The notes beneath the pieces are model-generated. The model did not search any database and had not been told where the DNA came from. It worked only from the letters and a program-made list of their open reading frames with translations. A stretch of DNA of 53,424 nucleotides, taken from the NCBI GenBank assembly GCA_001938485.1, contig MQRK01231392.1, positions 16,528 through 69,951 of the forward strand, written 5' to 3'. The position numbers and the translations under genes were made by a program. Source of the DNA: Girardia tigrina. Lineage: Eukaryota. Below are positions 24,801-38,029 of this stretch, in pieces. Positions within the stretch are counted from its first letter, which is position 1. Every line of letters begins with the position of its first letter.

Positions 24801-27584
24801 ACGTGTTCCACGTTATCAATATTAGAAGCCGACACCGTTTTTCAAATTTTATTTCTCTACAAAAATGTCTAATACATTTTATTTAAACAAATTTAATCGA
24901 AATTAAATGAACTTTTTTTACTTTTGAGGAACTATTTATTCCATAAATCTCAAACTGGTATAATAAAAATAAATATAGTATTTATAATATATTTGAATTT
25001 GTAATTTCTGACAATTAAATAATTTCAATTTTTTTATTTTAAAATGATACTTTGAATTCAATTATTATTTAAAAAATTTTCAAAACATTTAAAAAAAACA
25101 TATCACAATTGATTTTTTTAAAGATGGCGATAAATGCATTTATTATAATAAAGATAGATAAACGTAAAGATAGATAAACTTAATGGCAATGAAATTATTT
25201 ATCCATTGGGGAGAGATCAATACAAAAGAATTTTTACAAATAAGTATTTATCAATTTATGAATCTGTTTGCAGAATCATATGTAGCACTTCTCGTGGAGA
25301 AATCGTTTTATTAAATCGGGATTTTGAGTTTTTATTTCGTCGAATCGTTCATGGGTTTGAGGCTTGGGTCAGTCATTTGTCGAGGTTCGACGAAAACTTG
25401 TTCTTTTCAGGCGGTGATGATTGCCGATTTGTCGGATTCGATTTGAGATGTAATGACACGTCGATTTTTTCAAAGAAGTACGATTTTTTTTGTTTTAGTT
25501 TTCCCAGTCTCATCAAAAGAAAATTTCAATTTTGCAATTAATTTCTGCTAATAAGATTCTCAAAACACATTTAATCCACTGACTTTACTCGAATTATTTG
25601 TTAGAATTTTATAACTTTTCTGTAGAACTTTAACAATTGATAGAATGCTTTAGGGCGACCATAAAATGATTTATTTTTGCCTTTCCACTTTTTTACGATA
25701 AGTATAAGTACGATAACAGAGGAAATTCTAATATTGTAATGTAGGTAAATATTATGATTTCTTCATCTCAAGTTTCTTATCTTTTTGATTCCAATTCATA
25801 CTTATTGTCACATTAATTTCCAATTAAATGAAATTTCACTTAACTTTTCCCTGACGGTGACAAAACACTTCCGCGCGTTGCGGTTTTGTGTAGTGGCAAC
25901 ACGTGTTTTTAATTACCGTGTTTTTTTTAAGTATAAGACATCCCCTAATCTTTAGTAATCGCCCCACCCGCAAAATTTTATGAAAAATAGATTTATTACT
26001 TGTCTAAGTATTTTTCCTTTTGGAACTATATTTTTATTTTGCTTCGTTCCTGAAATATAACCGAAAACAAATATATGAAAAAATTTACTTTTTAAAACAA
26101 TTATATTAATAATATGATAGATTTATATATAATTTTATTACATAATGACTTTTATATAATTAATTTGCACTAAAAACTGTCATTTTATTTTTAATTATCA
26201 AATACTTTTTCTAATAAACTTTTTTTTAAAAAAGCTAAATTAATATTTAAAAAATAAAAATTATATATTATAGTCAATCATTTGTTTTAATAATATTGAT
26301 TAAAATGTGATTTTTTTAAAATTTTAATATCTCACATCGTCTTCTTCTTCGGCAACGATGAGAGAAGAAGAAATGCATAAGAAAAGGTAATAAAACTATT
26401 TTTCATAAAATTTTGATGGGGGGATTACTAATGATTATATTTGGAGAAACACGGTAGCATTTTAATATAGAAAAATTAAAACAAATGATACCACGTATTT
26501 TTGGTCATTATGACCCAGTGATTACATGTAATTCACATGTTATATATATGTCAAATCCAGGCGCGTACACAGAAAAAAATTTCAGAAGGGTATACTATAT
26601 ATATGTTCTCATATTTGTATTATATTATATTTGTTCTCTTATTCGAGTTTTATTTTTAAAGTTAAAAAAAATAAATTGATTATTATTAAAATAATAAAAT
26701 TTATAATACCATCTGTGAGGAATATTGAGTGTGTAATTGTTTTTTTGACAGAACATTTATTGCATTCACATTTCTTATCACCTTTATGATGATCAATAGT
26801 ATTGCTTTCACTTAGATCCATCAATCAATTTTCAATATTTCCCATTCCAATCTGAACTATACTTGAGAAGATTATTTTATTTAAAAATATTTAATTTAAA
26901 TTTTATTGGTTGAAATAAAAAATTTTTATAGTTATTTTTAAACATTAATTTGATTTTAATTATTTAAAAATTTACAAAAATAAAATCATTAAAATTATTT
27001 AAAAGTTGCAATAATAAAAATTAAAAATTAAAAAATTAATTTACATATTTAAATATTTATTTGAAATTCTTTGATGTGACTGGGTCAAAGTAGGCCATAT
27101 TTTTATTTAACAAATTGACCTAATTTTTATTCAAATTTTTCCTATTGATTAGTTTTGAAATGGGTTGCACAAGCATTCAGTCTCACCCGAATGACAGTCG
27201 TTTTATTTCCACTGGCAGGTAGTGTAAGATGTTCGATTCTCCGGCAATGTTTTTGTTTTCCTTAGTTATGACGAGAAATTGAGAATTTGGGACTTAAGGA
27301 ATATGAGAGCTAGTGTGAAGTCTTTTGATGTCGGTGGAGGTGTCTGGCGACACAAATGGTGTCCACAGGGGGCACCATTGGTTCTTGTGGCGGGCATGTA
27401 CCACGGATTTTCTGTTGTTCAGACTGATCTTAACTCAGATTATTTGATCGAGTTGAGTGATTTGACTCAGAAAGATAGTTTAGCCTACGGAGCCGATTGG
27501 GTAAAGAAAAATGAAACTTATTGCATCACTACTTGCTCTTTCTATGACCACCGTTGGAATTTCTCAAAATTATCTCTCAAATAA
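21881..27584 (+). CDS. DPH7: Diphthine methylesterase DPH7/WDR85 (WD40, diphthamide synthesis); exons 21881-21997, 24339-24592, 25274-25477, 27153-27218, 27266-27584; 319 aa
   Basis: All four GT-AG introns are phase-consistent (960 nt CDS). Family motifs: DTVQFSDSTE..YQL, GILDSCW, LCLSVD, HGFEAW, SGGDDC, GSYDEKLRIWDLRNM, VGGGVWRHKW, GMYHGF, SLAYGADW, TCSFYDH. Confidence 0.93.
23202..23597. repeat. 22-23 bp AT-rich minisatellite (ATAAATAATCACAAATTAATT[A/C]), about 18 copies, in DPH7 intron 1
   Basis: Directly visible tandem units. Confidence 0.95.
25916..26454. mobile_element. pogo/Tigger-like MITE in DPH7 intron 3
   Basis: TA|CCGTGTTT...AAACACGG|TA ends with a TA TSD, and a perfect 20-bp subterminal inverted repeat CAAAATTTTATGAAAAATAG / CTATTTTTCATAAAATTTTG. 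Confidence 0.8.
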
Positions 27585-28202
27585 ACCGATTTGTTTGTAA
27601 ATATATCGCTATATTTTTATTCGTTTTCGTGCTTTATTTTGATATGAGATTTTTTGTGCAAGTCATCAATAATGGTTCTTAAGAAAAGGAAAATATTTAT
27701 TTTAACTTATGTTTTACTGTCACAGATCTGAGTGTCATTTGAACTAGTAAAATCGAAAATAATACATAATGTCAATACATATCCCTATACACAAGAACCT
27801 TTTATAAAAGCTAATAATGACCCATAATCACGTTGACTGACTGTTTCATTGATTCGATGTTGGAGACTGTTTTTAAGTTCGTCAAATACGTTTTGTGAAA
27901 GTAAAACTAAATCTTTCCGTTAGAAATAATTCTCAATTTAATAATAATTTGATATTTTATTTTACAATTTTTTTATACTTTTCTATAATTTTTTTCCCAA
28001 TTAGAATTATTAAAAAATTTTTTCCAGAACCCTAGTGCATACTTTTTTAGTTACGTGTTACACCCAATAAATCGTGAGACTAATATAGAAATAATAGCAG
28101 TAAAAAATTGATACAGGCATATTTAAACTTCAGTACATATATAGGTTAAGAAAATATATTTTTTTAAAATTTTTGCGATTATTCGAAAAATGACACTGGA
28201 AA

Positions 28203-28484
28203 CTATGGGGTTTGTAGGGGTACGTCTTTTTCGGCGATTATCGATTGAACGTTTTTATTCTCTTTTAGAGGAGTTTGTTCAATCTTTTTAACAGTCGTCT
28301 GGTCTTTCTTTCCTTTCGATATTTTCTCTTGAATTTTCTCAGCATCCGAATTAATCACTTGAAGGATATGTTCAACACAACCGATGGATCCGATTAACAT
28401 GGCGATTATCTGTGGGCATTGTAAATTTATTGATTGTTCTGCTTTTGTCTTAACAATTGGTAATTTAGTAACTCCACAACCCAT
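28203..28484 (-). CDS. 93-aa ORF starting MGCG (predicted N-myristoylation/palmitoylation type start); disrupted second copy at about 31020-31293
   Basis: Intact ORF in the left repeat copy. The right copy has a 4-bp deletion (frameshift) and a nonsense change. Confidence 0.45.
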   Translation of the reverse strand: MGCGVTKLPIVKTKAEQSINLQCPQIIAMLIGSIGCVEHILQVINSDAEKIQEKISKGKKDQTTVKKIEQTPLKENKNVQSIIAEKDVPLQTP

Positions 28485-28950
28485 ATTAATATATTAATTT
28501 ATCTTGCTTATCGTTAAAAACGAAGAAATAAACTCGTAACAGCAAAAATAACTCCAAATTCAAATAAATATATTTGTAATCCATTTTCTCAAAAAAGCTC
28601 ATTCAAACAAACATCAAATAAAAATTATAATTACTGAAATAAAATATAGACGTTATTAATTAAAATAATAATTCATTTCAAACTCCAAATTGGTATCTAA
28701 AATAAGTTTAACAATAAGTATTCGTAAATGACATTTTCCATCAAATCTAATTATTCCTTTTACATAAAAAAATATAAAAGTTATTTTCAATTTCACATTA
28801 ATAATAATTCTTTTTTACACAAAAACAACACATTTTTTACAATTTAACATCGAGACTTACAATCCAAACATTGCCCAAAACTCAAAAATAAAAATAATTT
28901 ATAAAAGTTACAACAACAAAAATAATTTATAAAAGTTACAACACAATACA
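28205..28950 (-). repeat. Direct repeat copy A (probable 3' LTR)
   Basis: Near-identical to 31020-31750. Begins TGTATTG at 28950 (minus), directly after the polypurine tract AAACGGGGGGATA. Confidence 0.75.
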
Positions 28951-31025
28951 TATCCCCCCGTTTAGAAAGAGGGGTTAGGGTTTTGTGTGTTGTAATCGGG
29001 TTATGTTATCAGTTGATTTGCTGTGTGAATATGTAGCGAAACGAACTTGTTTTTTTGTTACTGATGTTTGTGAAGGTGGTTGTGATGTTTGTGTATTGTT
29101 ATGATCCACACTACTTTCATGCTACTGTGCTGGAGGTTGGATGAGGTGAGTGATTGTTTTAGTGGTATTCGGATTATTAACGTCAAATATGTCTGATAAG
29201 AAAGATTTGGATGTATCTGGTTTCGCTTTATTATCTAATTTGTCGTCAGATGCGTCATCTACCATGAAAGCTGGCTTAGTGTTACTGAGATGGACCACTG
29301 TTTCGACATTATCTTTTAGTATTCTGTCGTTGTGGCTAAACAACTCAATTATTTTGTACGGACCAGTGTATGATGGGTGTTGACTATGGGCTGTCTGATT
29401 TTTAACCCATAAGAATTTTGCTGTGTATAATGTTTTGGGTAGGTATTATCTGAAGTTGTGCAACGCCTTGCAATAAAAATCGCCGTCTAAAAGTTCAAAT
29501 TGTTTCCTGTCGATTCCGATCTCTATGTCAGTAGGTGTTATATTTGCGTCAGTGAGGTCTGCTAACATGCGAATAGAGGTGCCGAAGAGAGCTTGAGATG
29601 GGGCTAAATTGTTTGTAGTGCTGGGTGTGTTTCGCCAACCAAGCAGTACATAAGGGATGATATCTAACCAATGTTTGTTATTGTCCGCAAGTATTTTTAA
29701 TGAGATTTTTAATGTTCGATGAAAGCGTTCTAAGATGCCGTTAGATTGCGGGTGGTAAGCTGAAGTATGTACGTGTGTAGCTCCCAATTTTTTACAAGGG
29801 ATTGAAATAAACCGGATTCAAATTGCCGTCCTTGATCGGAGATGAGATGTTTTGGTGTACCGAATCGACATACCCAAGTGGAAAAGAAAATACGGCAAAT
29901 GGTTTCAGAGTCGATTGATTGGAGTGCTACTGCTTCGGTCCACCTGCTTGACCTGTCGATCATGGTTAACAAGTATTGGTATCCCCGGTCTGGTGGTAAA
30001 GGGCCTACCAAGTCGATGTGAACAGTGTCGAAACGAGAAGTTGTGGGGAAATGAAATAAAGGCGGTGATAGTTTCCTCGACGTCTTATACTTTTGACAAG
30101 GTACACATTGAGAAACCCAAGACTTTACATCGCGTCTCATGCCTGGCCAAATTACCTGGGTTTGGAGTAATTTGTAAGTGTTGGAACTCTCGGGATGGTG
30201 TAATTTATGGAAGTGGTGAAAAGCATCCATACGCAAATTACCGGAAAGAATCGGTCGGAAGGTTCCAGCTAAACTAGTGTCACATGCGATTTCGTCGACA
30301 TTGGTGATATTTTTAAAATGTGTTAGATCTTCATTTGATGGTTTGTTTACGAGAAGTCGTTCTTTCGTGAAAATTGGTGAAAATGTTATTGAGGACACGG
30401 AACGAGACAAAAAATCGGCAACTATATTTTCATCTTCTGTTAAATAGGTGATGTTGAAAGAAAATTCAGATAGAAAGGATATTTGGCATTGTTGGCGCGG
30501 AGACGGGTTTTTCATGTTCATTATATAGATTAAAAGCTTGTGATCCGTCCTGATGGTGAATGGTCGTGCTTGCAAAAAATGTTTAAAATGTTTGATTGAT
30601 AGGAACATCGAAAGTAATTCTCTATCAAACGTCGAATATTTTTGCTCTGCTGACGATAACTTCACGGAAAAAAAATTCGATAGGTTGATGCTGGATGTCA
30701 ATTAGTTGATGTAAAACTGCTCCCGCTGCGATGGTTGAAGCGTCAGTTGTTAAAAACAACGGGGCGGAACTTATCGGATACTCTAAAATGTGTAACTGTT
30801 GTAGTTTATTTTAAATGTTGTAGATGTTGCTGTTCGTCTTTGGATGCGATAAGGATATCATCTATGTAAGGGAAAGCAAAAGGCAAATTCGACAATACAA
30901 TGTCAATGTGGCGCTGGAACGTTTGCGCTGTATTTCGAAGACCAAACGGCATATAAAGATATTCAAAAAGTCCGAATGGTGTCGTTACGGCCGTTTTCGG
31001 TACATCGGTATCTGCGACATGGATT
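28951..31025 (-). mobile_element. Ty3/Gypsy pol remnant (partial RT, RNase H, integrase with GPY/F, PPT)
   Basis: KTAVTTPFGLFEYLYMPFGLRN and YIDDILI (RT); TTDAS, YSTFDRELL and TDHK (RNase H); HHCC, HIDLVGPLP, ISDQGRQFES, YHPQSNGILERFH and YTGPY (integrase). Frameshifts and internal deletions. Confidence 0.95.
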
Positions 31026-31750
31026 TTGAGGGAGTACGTCTTTTTCGGCGATTATTTATTAAACGTTTTTATTCTCTTGTGGAGGAGTTTGTTCAATCTT
31101 TTTAACAGTCGTCTGCTCTTTCCTTTCGATATTTTCTCTTGAATTTTCTCAGCATCTGAATTAATAACTTGACGGATATGTTCAACACAACCGACGGATC
31201 CGATTAACATGGCGATTATCTGTGAGCATTGTAAATTTATTGATTGTTCTGCTTTGCTCTTAACAATTGGTAATTTAGTAACTCCACAACCATTATTAAT
31301 ATATTAATTTATCTTGCTTATCGTTAAAAACGAAGAAATAAACTCGTAACAGCAAAATAACTCCAAATTCAAATAAATATATTTGTAATCCATTTTTCTC
31401 AAAAAAGCTCATTCAAACAAACATCAAATAAAAATTATAATTATTGAAATAAAATATAGACGTTATTAATTAAAATAATAATTCATTTCAAACTCCAAAT
31501 TGGTATCTAAAATAAGTTTAACAATAAGTATTCGTAAATGACATTTTCCATCAAATCTAATTATTCCTTTTACATAAAAAAATATAAAAGTTATTTTCAA
31601 TTTCACATTAATAATAATTCTTTTTTGCACACAAACAACACATTTTTTACAATTTAACATTGAGACTTACAATCCAAACATTGCCCAAAACTCAAAAAAT
31701 AAAAATAACTTATAAACGTTATAACAACAAAAATAATTTATAAGTTACAA
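31020..31750 (-). repeat. Direct repeat copy B (probable truncated 5' LTR)
   Basis: Matches 28205-28940 and joins the RT sequence directly at ...CAAAATCCAT. Confidence 0.75.
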
Positions 31751-33586
31751 GTATAAATTATATTTATATTTATAATTATATTTATAAAGTATAAATTATA
31801 TTTATTATAATTAAATTGTAATTTAAATTTGTTCGAATAATAAGATTGTTAAATAATAAAGGTGCTAATTTCCCATTTGAGTCAATATTTCTCGATTTTT
31901 GTGTATCATTCAAACTGACATTTCAAGGAAAAAGTATATGTCGTGTTCCCTTCTCTCGTCAAAATTTTTGTGGAGTTTTTTGAGTTCAACGGCAACTCCA
32001 ATATGTCATTTACCTTCATGTATACTCATACTACACCCATGAGGAACAGACGCGTCTCCTCCGCACACATCAACAAGTTGTGTGGCTTTGAAGCGCCTTC
32101 GGGTTCGATCCAGTAACGAGTATTGCTCGACTAGTAGCCTCAGTATCCGGTGGGGTTGATGATTTTGTTTTTATCGTTATGAATTTTACTCGCGAGTCCT
32201 CACTTTATATTATATGGAAGGAAGAGATCTCCAAGGAAGTAGGCGACGATCGAGCTGCGTGCCCCTTGCATACTGCAGCCGACCCGCGCCACCTCCATAG
32301 AGTGTTTCGTTCTCGATATGAAATTTTTGCGTACATAACCACAATTTATTAAAGTTCAACTTCGTTTCGGTAGTGACATTATTTCATACAATTTTTTCAT
32401 ACCTTTGAAAAATCATTGTAAAAGTAATTTCAATGATGTTAAGTCTGATTCATTTTAATCTTTTATCATATGCATTTGGATCAACATTTCGCCTTCAAGG
32501 GTTAATCATTCCAAGCATTATTGCATCCATCATTCTTATGTTCAGTTGTGTTTCATCGATTTTATCATAAATAAAATATTTTAACATTTCAGATAAACAT
32601 GTAGTTTCAAATTTTGTTTATATTTATTCATTTATATTTTGTCATTGTAATATTATTATTATTTTAAATATTATTTTTTATCGGTTAAGACTCACATAAT
32701 TATATAATATACTATTAAATATTAAAATGTTTTAAAAAATGTTCAGATATAGAGTATATAAATAATATAATATATTTTATTTTCTTTATTAATAATCAAA
32801 AAAAAACGTAAAATAAAATAATTTTTTAAAGTTCTTTCTATAACCAATAATATATTGATTATAACTTATTTTTAATGGTTTTTTGTAATTGATGAAGTAA
32901 ATAATAAATAATATATATATTTTTACAACCAAATAAAAATCGAAAATTACAAATTATATAGTACTTATAAATATCTTCAATTTGATTTAAAAGTTAAATC
33001 TATTTGAAATATTAATATCCCCCTTTTTTTAATTGTATTCATTTATTTTTTTTATTACTAGGTAATAATTTATTTACAAGGATAATATTTTCGGAGTAGT
33101 GCTTCAAGAAACAAATTTATTTCAAGAGGTAAATTATTCTTTTAAGAATCTTCGTCAACAATTTTTTTACTCTTCTTTTATCTGTCAGTGTGTTTATTAC
33201 ATTTAACGAGGTTATTATTATCTAAAACATGTTATTGCTTCACACCAAAAAAATTTCTTTTTTGCTGTTGATTATAGTATTATTAAACACAAAGATTCAC
33301 AAGCCTACAAGTATCTGAAAATATAAATCAGTTTAAACTATCAAGCTAAACCTTTTAGAAGGATGACCTATATTTATCAAATGTTGTTACTCTGTTATTT
33401 AATAAAAAATAAAATTTGTAAATGATGTCAACTGATTATTTTGTTTGGCAACTTTTATAAACAATTTAAGGTTAGATATCTGAAAGAGATTAATTATACT
33501 ATATTATATTAAAAAATTATTTTTAACTGCTAAATTATTGATCTCAAATTGATAATCAATATTTCAATACCTAAGTCACAAATTGT

Positions 33587-33600
33587 ATATACATATATAT

Positions 33601-33652
<52 letters not shown>
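33587..33652. repeat. (TA)n microsatellite
   Basis: Directly visible. Confidence 0.95.
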
Positions 33653-33655
<3 letters not shown>

Positions 33656-36383
33656 TATAAGTATTTTGAATATTTCTGTAAAATAATTTACTAATTTATT
33701 GAATGAAATTATTATCCTTGTTAAGAAATCATTCAATTAATAATATATTAAAAGTTCTTAGTTATGAAATTAAATTTTAAAATTAAATTGTAATTTTTAT
33801 CTAATTAAATTCAACTATTATCAATCCCACCGAAACGCACATAACACCTTCATTATCCGTTATTTATTAAATTTGCATTTATTAATTCTCTAAGCGAAAC
33901 TGTATCATCGTAACTACTCATCTTCATTCCTTCTCTTAACATATCGTTCAAGAAAAAGAAGAAATATAAATAAGGTTAACAATTGATAATCGAAAAATTA
34001 CATTTAAATATTAAACGAGAACGAATTCTATTACTAACTCTAAGTAATATCATCTAATCTCCGACTACCCTCTTATTTACATTATTTGCAGCGAATTCCT
34101 TGCTTTCTAACAACTCAAATCCATTTCGTTCCTAATGGCCCTCATCTCTAATCAATATATTAAGGTTTACTCGAAGTTAAAGAGTCAAATAATAAAACAA
34201 ATAAATGACAAAATGACTAAAATAAAATATATTAAAAAGGAGTCAATTAGTAAAACAAACAAAATGATTAAAATAAAATATATTAAATGACATTCACCAA
34301 AACCGAATTATTAGAATAACATGTAATGCCAATAATAATATTTACTTGATAGTTAATTATTTTCAGGCTAGATATCAAAATTCTTACAAACTGGGTTTAC
34401 GATCTTTTACAATTTTTTTGTATTAAACTTGGTATAGTAATTCGTATAAAATTGGCCAAAATTTTCGTGGTATTCGGTTGTTAATGATAATAATAACTTA
34501 CAGATTAACAAAAAATGTGCAACGAAAAATGTGTAATATAGAGCGTAATAATAAATGTGCAATAAAAAAGTGTATTGTTTGTTTAACTCGTTCGGGTATT
34601 TATACCCTACAGGATGTTCGATTTGCAAAGGCAGGATGAGGGGGAAAAACGATTTACATCATCGCAATGTTAATTGCAAGTGATTTAATTGTTTCAGATT
34701 AATTTTTGATTAATTATTTTAGATTATTTTAGATGTTGCTGCCCTGACGGATACCGGTTAATCACTGACTGATAATTATCGCTCGCCGGCAATCGAGACA
34801 AACGGCAGTTATTCTAGGACAGAATGCGAGGGGGCAGAGAGGAAACAACCCCGATCAGCATAATTATGCGACATCCTGAGTCAATTACTGGCTTCAAATG
34901 ATTGCGGGTAATTTATTTTATAAATCAAAGTTTTTAATTAATTAATTTTTTTTAATGATTTCAAAAGGTTCTCCAAGCGTTTTTCGGGTAAATTCGAGAC
35001 TAGGGTCGACCTACTCTGGGTGGACTACAACGGGTTCAATTTTCAGACCCTTAACGCTATCGGGTGAGTTTTTAGAACCTTTTCGGAAATTTCGACTTTA
35101 ATTTATTCATTTTTTAGCTCACGATTAATCTGAAAGATTTTTTCTTGACGAACCAAAGGGAATAATGGACTCTCCAATCTCGGGGACCTACTTACAACTA
35201 TTGGTTTAAAGTCGAGCCAGACTATATCCAACTTCACCTTTTCTCAATGGTTCCTGGCGTGCGGGGGGGGGCGGCGTTATTGGGGAGTTGAGGATCTCGA
35301 ACGTAACATATATTTTAGCTATTATAGATCAATTTAGTCGATATATTTCTTTGAATGCTGTGGTCAAACAAGATTAAAAGATAAAAAATGTTACACAATC
35401 AACAAATTTAGAATATTTCTAACTTTGTATTATACAACTATTACGATTTCGAGAACAGAGTTAACCTTTGACTCTATTTATTTGTGTATAACCGATATAT
35501 GTGCGTTTGTAGTTTAGTTTTATTAAAATATATTTTAGCGCAGATCCTTTGTCTTCTAACAACTACAAAAGTTCACGAGCATTGGATAAAGTGACCGAAT
35601 ATCCAAATTAACTTCCAATACCACTTTCGTTACCAAGTATGATTCGATCAAACTTCAATGACTTGGGGTTATGTGAAGTTGAAAGAATCCCTATAAATAG
35701 GTATGAAGGATACAGTTAAATATAAAAAATGTGTTTTAGATTCAATGGGAAGTGTAAATAAAAATATGAAAATAATTATTCGTGCAAAAACTGGGGGATT
35801 TTTTTTAAAACTAGGATTTTTTACCCGTGCACTGAAAGCTCCCATTCTAGCATCTAAAGCCGTGCGAGAAAGTCTGTAGGCTCTGCTTCGTCTATTTTTG
35901 GTTTCTACTCGATACAGAGTCTATGACTCACTACAAAGGTAGACTTTAAATCGCTGAAACATGGAGCCTTTTCAGACTTTGTCGGAAACGTGCTTGCATT
36001 TAGTTTAAATCTCACCTAAGACGTGTGTTTAAATTAAATTAAATAAGCCAATGCTACGACTGTAGTCTCTACAATACTCAGTTATCCGTTCAGTCGGGGG
36101 AGGTTTATGAAAATAATTCTTGTTTTGGATTTAGTGAAATCATTTCTAATAATTTTTAAACAAAAACTGTTCCAGAATAAATTAAATAATATTTAAATAT
36201 TTTAAATTTCCTATTACATTAGATAAATTTATTGTGAGAAATTGTTTGTTTGTGTATATTTGTGTATGCGATGTGTACAACACGCATATTTCGAAAATAA
36301 CTAGAGGATTAAAATGGTGAAAATTATTTTCCCTTAATCTAAACAAGAATCCTAAGGAAACGTATTCCTTTTCTTTAAGCTAC

Positions 36384-36742
36384 CTGGACAGGAAACCTTG
36401 TCTCCACGATATTTTAGGCTGGGAATAATTATTTCTCATTTTACATGTCGGTTGAAAGGTGCTTTTCATTTTATTGAGCAAAACAATGAGCGGAATTCCA
36501 TCTCGTTTACGCAATTCAAATTTACAAGAGTCTTCACTAACACATACAGTCTTAGTATCACTGGAAATTGTTAAATCAATTTTTACGGAATTATTTTGGT
36601 CATTAGAATCTTTTGTATTCTCAGAATCTTCACAACATACAATAATATCGATATTTGGTAGATTATTTTGTTTACAATAATTACAGTTTTCAAAATCATC
36701 GTCACTGATACTGGATGCCATTTTATTATTCAAGTTTTCCAT
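36384..36742 (-). CDS. Probable first coding exon of an unknown gene
   Basis: ATG-initiated 119-codon open frame in AT-rich DNA, ending at a CAG|GTAGC donor. Downstream exon-like stretches (35500-36150) do not join cleanly. Confidence 0.5.
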
Positions 36743-37430
36743 TAATAAATTGAAATTGAACTCTTCCCTTTTTTTTATTCAAATATATTTTTTTTAATTG
36801 TTCAAAAACAGAACAAAACACGAGATCTTCTTTATTTTTTTTAAATTGACAACGCATTCACCGCTTTTGAATCGTTTTTTAATAAATTGAACTTGAAAAT
36901 TGTGATTATAATTCACAATCAAACTCAACTCACACATACACAACACATTCACCAATCATTTTTACATTTCATACATTCCTTACACACAAACACGCATACA
37001 CACGAACACATAAACATGCATATACACTTACCTAAATCAAAATTACATAATCCACTTATTTTAATAACAATGAGGCTCACAATTGCCAATCACATTTCAC
37101 ATTGTATTGTGACTATATATTTTCACACAAACAGAACTCCACGAATCCATTTAAATACACACACAAACCCAATCGACTGCATTTCCAAATAATAATTCTT
37201 GAAACGATTTAATTAAACACAACGTATCGAATCGATGAACATTTGAATATGCAACGGAATTTAATGAAACTTGCCTTTGATCTTTAGAGAGATTATCGTT
37301 TTTTTACGAAAGGTTTTCATTTAAGAAATGATCAGATTCTTATCTTTATTTATTAAAGATTATATATATTTTACTTTTCGTTAATTATTTATTTAATTCA
37401 ATTAAAGATTTTTTTAATTTATTAATTTAA

Positions 37431-37909
37431 TTATATGTTTTTATTTATGAATTTCTGGCAAAAATGTTCGGTCAAATTGGCAATTCTCCGCTCCACTACC
37501 GTTTCAGCAATTTTCCTCATTGATAGCTTTCTTTTGTTTCCTCTTTCTCCGAAGCCTTCGATTTTAGGGACTGTTTCTAGCGGTGTACTTGTTAGAAGAG
37601 TGTCGAATGGAATGCTAGATTAACTACTGAAATATTTCAGTTTAAATTAAATTAATTAAGTTAAATTAATTAATCATTTAATCAAATAATTAATATTGAA
37701 AGGAAAGATGTAGAAAAGAATACAACAACAAATATAAGAACATTAGATGAAATATAATGTATTATTGTATTTATTTATGGTTGTATGCTGTAGATAAACA
37801 TAACTTAGAAATTAATATATTGTCACATTTATTATTTTTAACATTTTCGCCATGTATAAAGTGACGAATTGAACCTCAAAGTTGTCTCTTTTTCGGCATT
37901 TCCATGATA
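37431..37909 (-). CDS. Last two exons (37909-37875, 37614-37431) of an unknown gene
   Basis: A phase-consistent GT-AG splice gives YHGNAEKETTLSIPFDTLLTSTPLETVPKIEGFGERGNKRKLSMRKIAETVVERRIANLTEHFCQKFINKNI*. Confidence 0.5.
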
Positions 37910-38029
37910 CTAATAATTATGACGAGAAACTCAGCACTCTTTTGAATGATAATATAAGTCCAAAGATGGTCAACCAAATATATCAAAATATATATTTATT
38001 ATTACGATGACCAATTGACTTAGGTGACA

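Noticed and set aside
36887-37192. His/Thr-rich 101-aa ORF
   Set aside because: Product of CA-rich low-complexity sequence.
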